From an uncultured Candidatus Saccharibacteria bacterium (lineage in GTDB: Bacteria; Patescibacteriota; Saccharimonadia; CAILAD01; GCA-016700035): 64,000 nt of DNA. Under the pieces are notes generated by a model. It saw nothing but the letters and a program-made list of their open reading frames with translations, did no database searches and was not told the DNA's origin. Every line of letters begins with the position of its first letter. Positions within the stretch are counted from its first letter, which is position 1. Where the stretch lies: NCBI GenBank assembly GCA_964583675.1, contig CAZOVH010000002.1, forward strand, positions 2,602 to 66,601, given 5' to 3'. Made by a program: the position numbers and the translations under genes. Below are positions 8,149-17,346 of this stretch, in pieces.

Positions 8149-9219
8149 ATGAAAAAAGTCCTTAAAACTAACCACGGAGACGTGCAGTTGCCCGCATTTT
8201 TTCCAGATGCAACGCGGGCAACCATTAAGTCAGTGGATACACAGGCTGTACTGGCTACCCACACGCCTGGTATGGTCATGAACACGTATCACCTAGCTAA
8301 TCTCGGTCTTGTCGATATCATCTCCAAACAGGGCGGGCTACACACTTTTACTGGCTGGAACCGTCCTATCATCACCGACTCTGGTGGCTTTCAAGCCATG
8401 AGCCTGGTGCGCGAATTTAATACCGGCGGCCGCTTTACTGAGGACGGGGTGATTTTTCAGGATGCTGCTGGTAACAAATTGGAACTGACCCCTGAGAGCT
8501 GCATCGACTACCAACTCAAGCTTGGTAGCGACATCATTATGATTTTAGATGATTGTACAAAGCCGGATATGCCGATGCCCGAACAACTCAAAAGCGTGGA
8601 GCGAACCATCCGCTGGGCGAAGCGGGCTCGCATCCACTTTGATAAGGCTACAAAAAACATGCAAGCGAAGCCTCTTCTCTTTAGTATTGTGCAGGGTGGG
8701 GCAGACAGAGAGCTACGCCGCACCTGTGCTGTAGAGCTTACAAAGCTAGGTTTTGACGGGTACGCCTTTGGTGGATTTCCAATAAATGAGGCAGGCGAGT
8801 TACAGATTGAGACCATGCAGGCAGTAGTAGACGATACACCAGCCGAGGCATTCAAATACGCCATGGGTGTTGGTACACCCGATCAAATTGTTAAAAGTGT
8901 GGCCATGGGCTACGACTTGTTTGACGTAGTTATTCCAACCCGAGAAGCACGTCATCGCAAACTGTTTGTGTGGAAAGGTAAGCCTGAAGATTTAGATCTC
9001 AATGGTGATTTTTATTCGAGCATTACCATGAAGAATCTGGCTCTCCAAGAAGACTCAGGTCCTATTGATCCTCACTGTGACTGCCACACCTGCCAAAACT
9101 ACTCTCGTGCCTACGTGCATGCCCTATTCCGCGCCGACCAATCCGTTGCCGGACAGCTGGCATCGATTCACAACCTACGCTTCTACTCGAAACTTATGGA
9201 AGCCCAACAAGCCTTATGA
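8149..9219 (+). CDS. tgt: queuine tRNA-ribosyltransferase
   Basis: DSGGFQ catalytic motif and CDCHTC zinc-binding motif. Confidence 0.9.
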   Translation: MKKVLKTNHGDVQLPAFFPDATRATIKSVDTQAVLATHTPGMVMNTYHLANLGLVDIISKQGGLHTFTGWNRPIITDSGGFQAMSLVREFNTGGRFTEDGVIFQDAAGNKLELTPESCIDYQLKLGSDIIMILDDCTKPDMPMPEQLKSVERTIRWAKRARIHFDKATKNMQAKPLLFSIVQGGADRELRRTCAVELTKLGFDGYAFGGFPINEAGELQIETMQAVVDDTPAEAFKYAMGVGTPDQIVKSVAMGYDLFDVVIPTREARHRKLFVWKGKPEDLDLNGDFYSSITMKNLALQEDSGPIDPHCDCHTCQNYSRAYVHALFRADQSVAGQLASIHNLRFYSKLMEAQQAL

Positions 9220-9947
9220 TCTGCTCCCTCCATCTGCACTACTCCTGATCCATCACATCTAAGATCAGGAGTGTAAAATATATGATCCGGTCTCGTATAG
9301 ATCGAGTCGATATTTGGCTTTGTGGCCTCAGATGACACATCTCTCACGTGTTTGGCTTTTAAATTTTGGAGAAATTGCTCTGGGTGATTGTGGTTCCAGT
9401 CTCCGCACATCACGAGTTTCGAATCCTCAAGTCCGCTAAGCGCATCATTGATATGATTTGAGAAAACCCTTAAGTCAGTCGCTTCGTATCTTAACCCAAA
9501 GGAATGAACGGGTAGCAAATGTGTATTTAATACATAAATACCATTTTCCATTTTAAGCAGCTGATACCCCTTGGGATGCTTTTCGGCTGGCCGTCCATCC
9601 TGAAAAAATAAGTCAAACGTAGGCTGCTCATAATAGGCCTCCGTATAATTTTGTGCTGCTAACCTTGAAAGCACAGAGATGCCTAACTTTTTCCCTAGCT
9701 CAATGTGTGAATTTGAAAGCTGAAAAACAGATACATGCGCGTAGTTTAGCTCCAGAGCTATTTGCTCAGCCTGATTGCCACCATCCCAGCAATGCACTTC
9801 TTGCAAACAAACAATATCCGCATCAATGTCATGTAACACACGAATAAACTGCCCTATGTCTAGTCTAGGGTCATCAACTGCACTTGGTTGCACATAACCC
9901 CCACCGATATTCCAAGTAACTATTTTTACCAAATTTAGCCCTCCCAT
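9183..9947 (-). CDS. endonuclease/exonuclease/phosphatase (EEP) family protein
   Basis: N-terminal WN.GGG, LQEV, GDWN motifs of EEP fold; start ATG overlaps upstream gene by 13 nt. Confidence 0.7.
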   Translation of the reverse strand: MGGLNLVKIVTWNIGGGYVQPSAVDDPRLDIGQFIRVLHDIDADIVCLQEVHCWDGGNQAEQIALELNYAHVSVFQLSNSHIELGKKLGISVLSRLAAQNYTEAYYEQPTFDLFFQDGRPAEKHPKGYQLLKMENGIYVLNTHLLPVHSFGLRYEATDLRVFSNHINDALSGLEDSKLVMCGDWNHNHPEQFLQNLKAKHVRDVSSEATKPNIDSIYTRPDHIFYTPDLRCDGSGVVQMEGADHKACWASISFE

Positions 9948-10960
9948 TTCTGCGGCAAGCGCAAATCGATACCCTCAAGAGGAGCTTCAGGGTCCAAGTC
10001 TACACACGCCTTAAAATCAGCTTCTAGCTTTTTTGCATCAAAGTCTGAGCCTATAAACACCATTTGTGTTTTCTTTGGCTCGTCTTTTTGCCAATTATCC
10101 CAAAAAAGCTCTGAGCGTGTACCAACCAACTGAAAAACATACTTACGATCATGCCCCTTACTGCCGAGGTCAAGAAAACCCTTAGCGCGATACACTGTCT
10201 TAGGTATTTTAGAATTCGCGAACTCCTGGAACTTCATTGGGTGCAACGGTTTATCAAGCGCAAGCGAGACGTGCTTGAACTGTTCATGAAAATGTTCGTG
10301 ATCGTGTCTATCTTCATGTACATGTTTTTCCACGTGTACTTCATCCCACACGCGGTCCGGGTCGGTGAGTAGGCGAATATCTACATCCGCTCGAACTGCC
10401 TCAAAAATTCGGGCTCGTGGATTTGTCATATCAATAAGCTGACGAATTTCCACGATACGCTCCTCGCGAACAGTATCAGTCTTATTAATGATCACAAAAT
10501 CGGTGAATTCAATTTGATCGGCTGCGTTCTTATGTTTCTGAGCGTTCTCAATCACATGTTCTGCATCGATTAATGTGACAATTGCATCCAGACGAACACC
10601 AATGCCGATCATGTCCCGCAGGTTTAATGCTAAATCTCGCGGTTCAGCCAAGCCAGAAGCCTCGATTACAATGAGATCAATATCGCTCCCTACATAGGCA
10701 AACTGGGCAATTGCTTCTTGTACGTCTAAAGTCTCCAAGGAACAGCAAATACAACCATTGGAGAGCTCAAGCTTAGTGTCCGTCTTGCCAGCAACAAGCT
10801 CCGAATCAATATTAATTGCACCAAAATCATTCACCACCACACCAATCTTTAAGCCGTGTGGCTCGGCGAGCAAGTGATTTACAAACGTTGTCTTGCCGCT
10901 TCCTAAAAAACCGGTAACTGCCAATATCGGAATCTTTTTTGATGCCTTCTTCTCAACCAT
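9935..10960 (-). CDS. COG0523 (CobW/YjiA/ZigA-like) zinc metallochaperone GTPase
   Basis: P-loop GFLGSGKTT, CxCC motif NGCICCS, His-rich segment HVHEDRHDHEHFHE. Confidence 0.85.
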   Translation of the reverse strand: MVEKKASKKIPILAVTGFLGSGKTTFVNHLLAEPHGLKIGVVVNDFGAINIDSELVAGKTDTKLELSNGCICCSLETLDVQEAIAQFAYVGSDIDLIVIEASGLAEPRDLALNLRDMIGIGVRLDAIVTLIDAEHVIENAQKHKNAADQIEFTDFVIINKTDTVREERIVEIRQLIDMTNPRARIFEAVRADVDIRLLTDPDRVWDEVHVEKHVHEDRHDHEHFHEQFKHVSLALDKPLHPMKFQEFANSKIPKTVYRAKGFLDLGSKGHDRKYVFQLVGTRSELFWDNWQKDEPKKTQMVFIGSDFDAKKLEADFKACVDLDPEAPLEGIDLRLPQKWEG

Positions 10961-11007
10961 GTATTGTTCCTCTTATGCTACAATTAATCTGATAGTATCT
11001 CGTAATT

Positions 11008-12708
11008 ATGCCTACCGCCAAACAGCCCAACAAACCCGCCCGACAATACGTGGATGAACTTACGTATCGCTCGCTCGTGCGCCTCAGTACTGCCTTTGAA
11101 GTACTCGGGCTTGTTATTGCACTCATGATACAGATATTTCTGCCATCAGCACAGCTTGCTCCTCAATATTCTATCCCAGCCGTAGCATTGCTGGCGATAG
11201 GCCTAGGCTATAACGCTTTTGTATGGAAGGGCTGGCACAACAAGCGACCACAACTAGCCCTGCAAATCGCCGTTCTGCCACCAATTATTTCAATCCAGAT
11301 AGCCGCAGCAGCAACTGGTGGTATCAATTCCGATTGGTATTACCTGTGGCTTATCGCCGTGGTATGCAGCGGTATCGCCGGTACTGTTGGCGCATATGTA
11401 GCAACACTTTTAACTACCACATTCTGGCTGTACAGCTGGCTCTTTACATCCTCTGGGGTCAGTCTCGAGGAGAGCTTCTTTAAGCTCATCGCGACGCTCA
11501 TTGGCATCGCTGCAGCATTTTTTATTGGCCGTGGCGTGAATCGCATGATTAAAACCATGCGTGTTGCGGAAGGGCTCACACGACAACTCGATGGCGCCGA
11601 GATGCGCACGCAACTGATGATGAGCTCGATTGCTGATATCGTGGTGGCAGTAGATACCGATCGCAAAGTAATTATCTTTAACGAAGCTGCTCAAGCCGCC
11701 ACTGGATGGGACCAAAATAGTGCCATGGGTGTGGACTACAATCTTATTTTTAAGCTAAAGGACCAAAATGATGCCGAGCTCACCGAAGCGACCGATCCGT
11801 TCTTGCAAGTTCTTAAAACTGGCCAGGCTCAATCCGTAGACAAATATTATATGCTCAACAAAAATAATCAAAAAATTTCATTTTCTATCACCATCGCACC
11901 GTCACTTGACTCAAAAGGCCAAACAAGCGGAGCCATAGCCATCTTTCACGACATTTCAGACCAGAAAGCCGTTGCCCGTGAGCGCAACGAGTTTATCTCG
12001 ACCGCTTCTCACGAGATGCGCACACCTGTAGCTGCAATTGAAGGCTACCTCTCTATGGCAATGAACCCAACTCTAGCGACGATTGATGAGCGTGCCAAAA
12101 CCTTTATCGGTAAGGCACACGACGCTAGCTTGCACCTTGGTAAGCTATTTCGCGACCTCTTATCAGTCACAAAAATTGAAGATAACCGTATGATTATTAA
12201 TCGCCGGCGCTTTAATATAACCGAGCTCATGAACCAAGTTGTGGGTGAGATGGAAATGATCGCGAAGAATAAGAGCATTAAGATTCTGACGCATTTTGAC
12301 AGCGGCGGACTTGGGCGACAGCTCGTGGTAGCACCAAGCTACGAGGTAAATGCCGACCCAGACCGCATACGGGAAGTTATCTCAAACCTCATCGATAATG
12401 CCATCAAATACTCTAAAGAAAGCACCACAATCGATGTCTCACTGAAAGCTGATAAAAAGTTTATTACCTTTTCGGTAACCGACATGGGTATTGGTATTAC
12501 GCCAGAAGACCAGAAACATCTTTTTCAAAAATTCTACCGGGTTAACAATTCATTTACACGCGATGTTGGCGGCACCGGTCTGGGCCTCTACATTGCCCGC
12601 AATCTCATAGAACAATTCGGCGGCAAAATCTGGGTAAATTCACAAGAGGGGAAGGGAAGTACTTTCTCCTTCACCTTACCGCTAGATGCCGATGGGGTAG
12701 GGGTATAA
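11008..12708 (+). CDS. sensor histidine kinase (multi-TM N-domain, PAS, HisKA, HATPase_c)
   Basis: H-box SHEMRTPVAAI, G-boxes DMGIGI and GGTGLGLYI; about 5 TM helices N-terminal. Confidence 0.85.
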   Translation: MPTAKQPNKPARQYVDELTYRSLVRLSTAFEVLGLVIALMIQIFLPSAQLAPQYSIPAVALLAIGLGYNAFVWKGWHNKRPQLALQIAVLPPIISIQIAAAATGGINSDWYYLWLIAVVCSGIAGTVGAYVATLLTTTFWLYSWLFTSSGVSLEESFFKLIATLIGIAAAFFIGRGVNRMIKTMRVAEGLTRQLDGAEMRTQLMMSSIADIVVAVDTDRKVIIFNEAAQAATGWDQNSAMGVDYNLIFKLKDQNDAELTEATDPFLQVLKTGQAQSVDKYYMLNKNNQKISFSITIAPSLDSKGQTSGAIAIFHDISDQKAVARERNEFISTASHEMRTPVAAIEGYLSMAMNPTLATIDERAKTFIGKAHDASLHLGKLFRDLLSVTKIEDNRMIINRRRFNITELMNQVVGEMEMIAKNKSIKILTHFDSGGLGRQLVVAPSYEVNADPDRIREVISNLIDNAIKYSKESTTIDVSLKADKKFITFSVTDMGIGITPEDQKHLFQKFYRVNNSFTRDVGGTGLGLYIARNLIEQFGGKIWVNSQEGKGSTFSFTLPLDADGVGV

Positions 12709-12778
12709 CTTGCGCCATCTGGCTACATTCATCTAGAATAAGCGTAAGAAATTAGCAGACAACTAGAGAGGGAAATCC

Positions 12779-13216
12779 ATGACTAAAATTTTACTCGTCG
12801 AAGACGACGTTAACTTGCGAGATATTTACTTTGCTCGCTTTCAGGCAGAGGGCTACGAGCTTGCAGTCGCCTCGAACGGAGAAGAGGCGCTGGCAACAGC
12901 CGTAAAGGAAAAGCCAAATCTGATTATCCTAGATGTGATGATGCCGCGCATTTCAGGCTTTGATGTACTTGATATCCTGCGCTCAACACCAGAAACAGCC
13001 CACACCAAAGTAATTATGATGACAGCGCTATCCGAGCAGGCCGATAAAGACCGCGGCAAAAGCCTTGGCGTAGACGAATACCTCGTAAAAAGTCAGGTAA
13101 CCCTCGAAGACGTAGTTGCTACCGTAAAAAAGACACTTGGCAGTGAAGGTGGAGCAAAAGCAGCACCAGCTGACGGCACTGCGCCAAAAGACGAGACTAA
13201 GCCAACTGCTGCATAG
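12779..13216 (+). CDS. response regulator receiver-only protein (CheY-like)
   Basis: LLVEDD acidic pocket, phospho-acceptor D in LDVMMP, conserved K; no output domain, Ala/Pro-rich tail. Confidence 0.8.
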   Translation: MTKILLVEDDVNLRDIYFARFQAEGYELAVASNGEEALATAVKEKPNLIILDVMMPRISGFDVLDILRSTPETAHTKVIMMTALSEQADKDRGKSLGVDEYLVKSQVTLEDVVATVKKTLGSEGGAKAAPADGTAPKDETKPTAA

Positions 13217-13253
13217 CTTCGTTTTCAGATAACAATCTGGTAAAATAGGTGGC

Positions 13254-14573
13254 ATGAAAATAACACGTACTCTTGTACGCGACCTCGCCACACAAACTGA
13301 CAAAACGGTCACTATTCAAGGCTGGCTCCATAAGCGCCGATTGCTTGGTGGTTTAAATTTTATTGTAGTACGCGATCGCACAGGGATTGTTCAAATTTTG
13401 GTCGAAGAAAAAGCCGAAGTCGAAAAACTGCGCGGCCTGCAGGTAGGAACAGTACTGCAAGTAACAGGTGAAGTATGGAAAGACGATCGAGCACCTGGCG
13501 GTGTAGAAATTCACGAGCCTTCACTATTGGTTATGGTGCCCGTTATCGAAGAGCCAATTATTGAAATCGACAAGCCGATTAGTCACAAACCTGAACACCT
13601 AGAGACCCTATTTGATACTCGTGTAGTTGGTCTGCGCAATCTGCAAGAGCAAAAAATCTTTAAAATTCGTTCTGGCGTAAACGCCATTTTGCGTAACTAC
13701 CTCACAAGCCAAGAATATGTTGAAATCCAAACCCCCAAGCTGCTTGCCGAAGCAACTGAAGGGGGAGCTGAGGTTTTCAAATTAGACTATTTTGGAAAAG
13801 AAGCTACTCTAGCGCAAAGCCCACAGTTTTATAAGCAAATTATGGTAGGTGTTTTTGAGCGAGTTTTTGAGATTGGCCCGGTTTACCGCGCTGAGCCATC
13901 TGCCACCACGCGCCATGTCTCAGAAGTAACTATGCTCGACATCGAACTAGGATACATTACAAATCACAACGATGTACTCGAAGCCGTGCAAGCTATGACC
14001 CACAATGCCCTGACAGCAGTGTATGACCAGTTTGCAGACGAACTACGTAGCTTAAACGCACCGGCGCTGACGCTTACTGAGACATTCCCGCGCTATACCG
14101 TAGCTGAAGTACACGAACTCTACACCAAAGCCGGTAACGAAAGCACGGTTGGCGAAAAAGATCTGCGCCCAGACGAAGAACGCTTTATTTGCAACTACGC
14201 CAAAAAACATGATGGCTCCGAAGCCGTGTTTGTTACCGAGATGCCAATCGAAACACATAAGTTCTACCAAATGATTAACCCTGAAAATCCTCAGACGGTG
14301 CTCTCCGCAGACTTACTGTTTCGGGGTGTAGAAATTGCAACTTGCCCCATGCGCGAACACAACTACGATAAGCTTATCGCCCAGATGAAAGACAAAGGGC
14401 TAAATCCAAATGATGCTGGTTTTGCCCACTATTTAACTGCCTTTAAATTTGGCCTACCTCCGCACGGCGGCTGCGGCTTTGGCATTGATCGGTTCGTCGA
14501 AAAAATTATCGGCCTGGCTAACGTAAAAGAAGCCATCCTCTTCCCGCGCGATATTAACCGTCTAACTCCGTAA
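13254..14573 (+). CDS. aspS: aspartate--tRNA ligase, archaeal/type-2 (possibly non-discriminating)
   Basis: Class IIb synthetase: OB anticodon-binding N-domain, motif 2 YRAEPSATTRHVSEVTMLDIE, motif 3 GGCGFGIDRFV; 439 aa fits AspRS2 not bacterial AspRS. Confidence 0.7.
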   Translation: MKITRTLVRDLATQTDKTVTIQGWLHKRRLLGGLNFIVVRDRTGIVQILVEEKAEVEKLRGLQVGTVLQVTGEVWKDDRAPGGVEIHEPSLLVMVPVIEEPIIEIDKPISHKPEHLETLFDTRVVGLRNLQEQKIFKIRSGVNAILRNYLTSQEYVEIQTPKLLAEATEGGAEVFKLDYFGKEATLAQSPQFYKQIMVGVFERVFEIGPVYRAEPSATTRHVSEVTMLDIELGYITNHNDVLEAVQAMTHNALTAVYDQFADELRSLNAPALTLTETFPRYTVAEVHELYTKAGNESTVGEKDLRPDEERFICNYAKKHDGSEAVFVTEMPIETHKFYQMINPENPQTVLSADLLFRGVEIATCPMREHNYDKLIAQMKDKGLNPNDAGFAHYLTAFKFGLPPHGGCGFGIDRFVEKIIGLANVKEAILFPRDINRLTP

Positions 14574-14603
14574 TAGCATAACTCTTTTCGGTATACTATA
14601 ACT

Positions 14604-15290
14604 ATGACCACCGCCCAAAATTACACTGTGGCGCTACCTCACTTTGAGGGGCCACTAGAGTTGTTGCTCAATTTAATCGAACGGCGTGAATTGGAGATTA
14701 CCGAATTATCCATTAGTCAGGTAACTGGCGACTATCTCGCTACCATTACCGCGCTCGAAAAAGCCCACTCCGATGACTTACGTTGGTTTTTAGACATCGG
14801 TAGCAAGCTTGTAGCATATAAGACTCAAGCCATTCGAAAAGAGCAAAGTGACTCTGAAGAAGACCTACGGAATCTTGCCGATCTGACAGGCGAGCTTGAG
14901 CGTTACCAAATGTGGCGTTTGGCCGCACACAAACTCCAAACCCTGCTTGGTAGCCCATTAGCTGTGCGACCAGCGCAACCAACACATAACAAAACTACAC
15001 CGAAGAATCTTAACTTAGCATCACTCACATCGGCCTGGCGCAGTATAGCGGCTCAAAAACCTCGCAAAACTGCCCCCGTGCACAGAATCTCTATTTCGCG
15101 AGCCGATATTCAGCGCACCATGCAAGCACTGCTATCTCGTATAACCACTCGGCAAAGCCTCGAGGAAACTGTTCGCTCAGATAGCAGACGGACCAAAACC
15201 CTGAGCCTTTTAGCACTATTAGAGCTCGTCAAACAAGATTTAGTTGAACTTGTATTTGATCAAGAGAAAACCTATGTCAAAGCAGCCTAG
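14604..15290 (+). CDS. scpA: segregation and condensation protein A
   Basis: N-terminal FEGPLELLLNLIERRELEITELSISQVT characteristic of ScpA. Confidence 0.8.
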   Translation: MTTAQNYTVALPHFEGPLELLLNLIERRELEITELSISQVTGDYLATITALEKAHSDDLRWFLDIGSKLVAYKTQAIRKEQSDSEEDLRNLADLTGELERYQMWRLAAHKLQTLLGSPLAVRPAQPTHNKTTPKNLNLASLTSAWRSIAAQKPRKTAPVHRISISRADIQRTMQALLSRITTRQSLEETVRSDSRRTKTLSLLALLELVKQDLVELVFDQEKTYVKAA

Positions 15291-15801
15291 CATCACACAG
15301 CACATCGAAGCAGCTTTGTTTGTAAGTAGCAGCCCGGTTTCCCCAGCGGAACTCGCAAAGAAACTCCACTTACAAAAAGAAGATGTGCAACTAGCGCTTG
15401 GAGAGCTTAAAAAAACACTGCATGACCGAGGTATTTGCCTCGTAAAGAGCAGTCATGGCTACGAACTGGCAGTCATACCACAGCTACGAGACACCATAGC
15501 TCCTTTCACCGGCGATAGCGCACCCATACTTTCGCAGTCAAGCTTAGAGGTCCTCACTATCATTGCCTACGAGGGGCCCTGCACAAAATCTATCATTGAT
15601 GATATTCGCGGCACCCCCAGTGATAACTCACTTCGCGCCTTACTGAGTCGCGATCTGGCAACCCAAATAAAACCCCGGGGCGATGAAGCGGGTATTCGCT
15701 ACGAACTGACCAGCTTTGCTTGGCGCAGCCTTGGCATAACTGGTCGAGATGCGCTACCACCAAAACCACGCACCAAAAATCGAGATAGCTATGCGTCTTA
15801 A
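15274..15801 (+). CDS. scpB: segregation and condensation protein B
   Basis: EAALFVSSSPVSPAELAKKL winged-helix N-domain; follows scpA with 17-nt overlap. Confidence 0.75.
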   Translation: MSKQPSITQHIEAALFVSSSPVSPAELAKKLHLQKEDVQLALGELKKTLHDRGICLVKSSHGYELAVIPQLRDTIAPFTGDSAPILSQSSLEVLTIIAYEGPCTKSIIDDIRGTPSDNSLRALLSRDLATQIKPRGDEAGIRYELTSFAWRSLGITGRDALPPKPRTKNRDSYAS

Positions 15802-16474
15802 TAAATGGCTCGTGCTCGCTGGGGCTGCCAGTTCTCGACGTAAAGCTGATGAGCTGATCGCGGCCGGAAAAATCCTCCGCAATGGCCACGTAGCCGAGGC
15901 CGGCGAGCAAGCCCTTACCAAAGACACCATCACGCTAGATGGAGAAAACCTACGCATTACTGCAGAAGCCCCGCGAATCATCGCTTTTTATAAACCGCGC
16001 GATGTAATCTCCTCGCATACTCGACAAGGCAAGCGTAACAAAATTGTGTTTGATTTTTTGCCGCTTGGTTGGCATCGCGATATTATTGTTGGTCGCCTAG
16101 ATCGCGACAGTGAAGGGCTCATGCTTCTCACAAATGATGGGGCCCTCGCGCATGAGCTGATGCACCCATCATTTGGCGTGCAGCGCGTCTATCAAGTTAC
16201 CACCAAGCAGCCTCTTACCGATAATGACCTGGATTTGCTAGTCAGCGGCATTGAGCTTGAAGACGGCACCAGCCGTGCAGTCAGTGCCACGCGCGACGGC
16301 GAGAGGCGTGTGCGCATCACCCTCGAAGAAGGCCGCAATCGGCAAATCCGACGTAGCCTTGATGCGCTTGACCACACAGTAACGCGCCTTGTGCGCATTC
16401 AGCATGGCCCTTATCAACTTGAAGACCTACAGCCAGGCGAATGGCGCGAAATAAGCTTAGAGAAAATATCATGA
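15791..16474 (+). CDS. pseudouridine synthase, RsuA/RluB family
   Basis: S4 domain (MRLNKWLVLAGAASSRRKADELI) then catalytic GRLDRDSEGLMLLTNDG. Confidence 0.8.
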   Translation: MRLNKWLVLAGAASSRRKADELIAAGKILRNGHVAEAGEQALTKDTITLDGENLRITAEAPRIIAFYKPRDVISSHTRQGKRNKIVFDFLPLGWHRDIIVGRLDRDSEGLMLLTNDGALAHELMHPSFGVQRVYQVTTKQPLTDNDLDLLVSGIELEDGTSRAVSATRDGERRVRITLEEGRNRQIRRSLDALDHTVTRLVRIQHGPYQLEDLQPGEWREISLEKIS

Positions 16475-17346
16475 AGGAAATTTCTGCCGCGTTAATGTCA
16501 ATCAGTATTGCAGCACTCGGACTCTTGCCATTCACGCCAAACCCAAGTTCCACCGCAGTACAAACCGGCAATTACGCACCCGTCACCACCGAGCAAGCAC
16601 CGTCAGACTATAATGTAAATGCTCCATCTGCCTACATCGAAGACGCTCGCACAAGGGCAGTAATATTTGAAAAAACACCAGACGAAAAGCGACCAATTGC
16701 TAGCCTCACCAAACTCATGACTGTCTATCTGATTCTGCGTGATAAAAACCTCGACGATGTGGTTACAATCCCAAAAGATGCTTCATCGGTACAAGGTGGG
16801 GGATCGGCTGTGATCAACCTAGTTCCGGGCGATAAAATGACCGCTCGTCAGCTTGTGCAAGCAGCCCTCATACCTTCCGCTAATGATGCCGCCATCACAC
16901 TTGCAGTTTGGCATAGCGGCTCTGTAAATGAATTCGTTGCAAAGATGAACGATACAGCGCGAAGCCTCGGCATGGAGAGCACCAATTTCGAAAACCCCAC
17001 CGGCCTTGATACCGTTGGCCATGTTTCAACCGCTCAAGATTTAGCCTTACTCACACATTATTTGCTCGAAAATGATTTTTTCCGACAAACAGTAAGCACC
17101 GAGAGCGTCACCATTACATCCGAAAAAGGCCGGAGGTATCCTCTCAATACCACCAACGAGTTACTTCTCAATGCGCCTAGCGTGCGTGGTGTGAAAACTG
17201 GCTACACACAGACTGCTGGAGAATGCCTCGTAACTCTATCCGAACGGGAGGGAAGAGAGGTGATCACAGTGGTGCTTGGGAGCAGTGACCGTTTCGGAGA
17301 ATCAAGAAATATGATAAACTTGGCGTTCAGTTTAAATTATGAGTAA
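16471..17346 (+). CDS. D-alanyl-D-alanine carboxypeptidase (peptidase S11, low-MW PBP)
   Basis: Signal/TM then SxxK (ASLTKLMT), SxN (SAND), KTG (KTGYT) motifs. Confidence 0.8.
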   Translation: MKEISAALMSISIAALGLLPFTPNPSSTAVQTGNYAPVTTEQAPSDYNVNAPSAYIEDARTRAVIFEKTPDEKRPIASLTKLMTVYLILRDKNLDDVVTIPKDASSVQGGGSAVINLVPGDKMTARQLVQAALIPSANDAAITLAVWHSGSVNEFVAKMNDTARSLGMESTNFENPTGLDTVGHVSTAQDLALLTHYLLENDFFRQTVSTESVTITSEKGRRYPLNTTNELLLNAPSVRGVKTGYTQTAGECLVTLSEREGREVITVVLGSSDRFGESRNMINLAFSLNYE

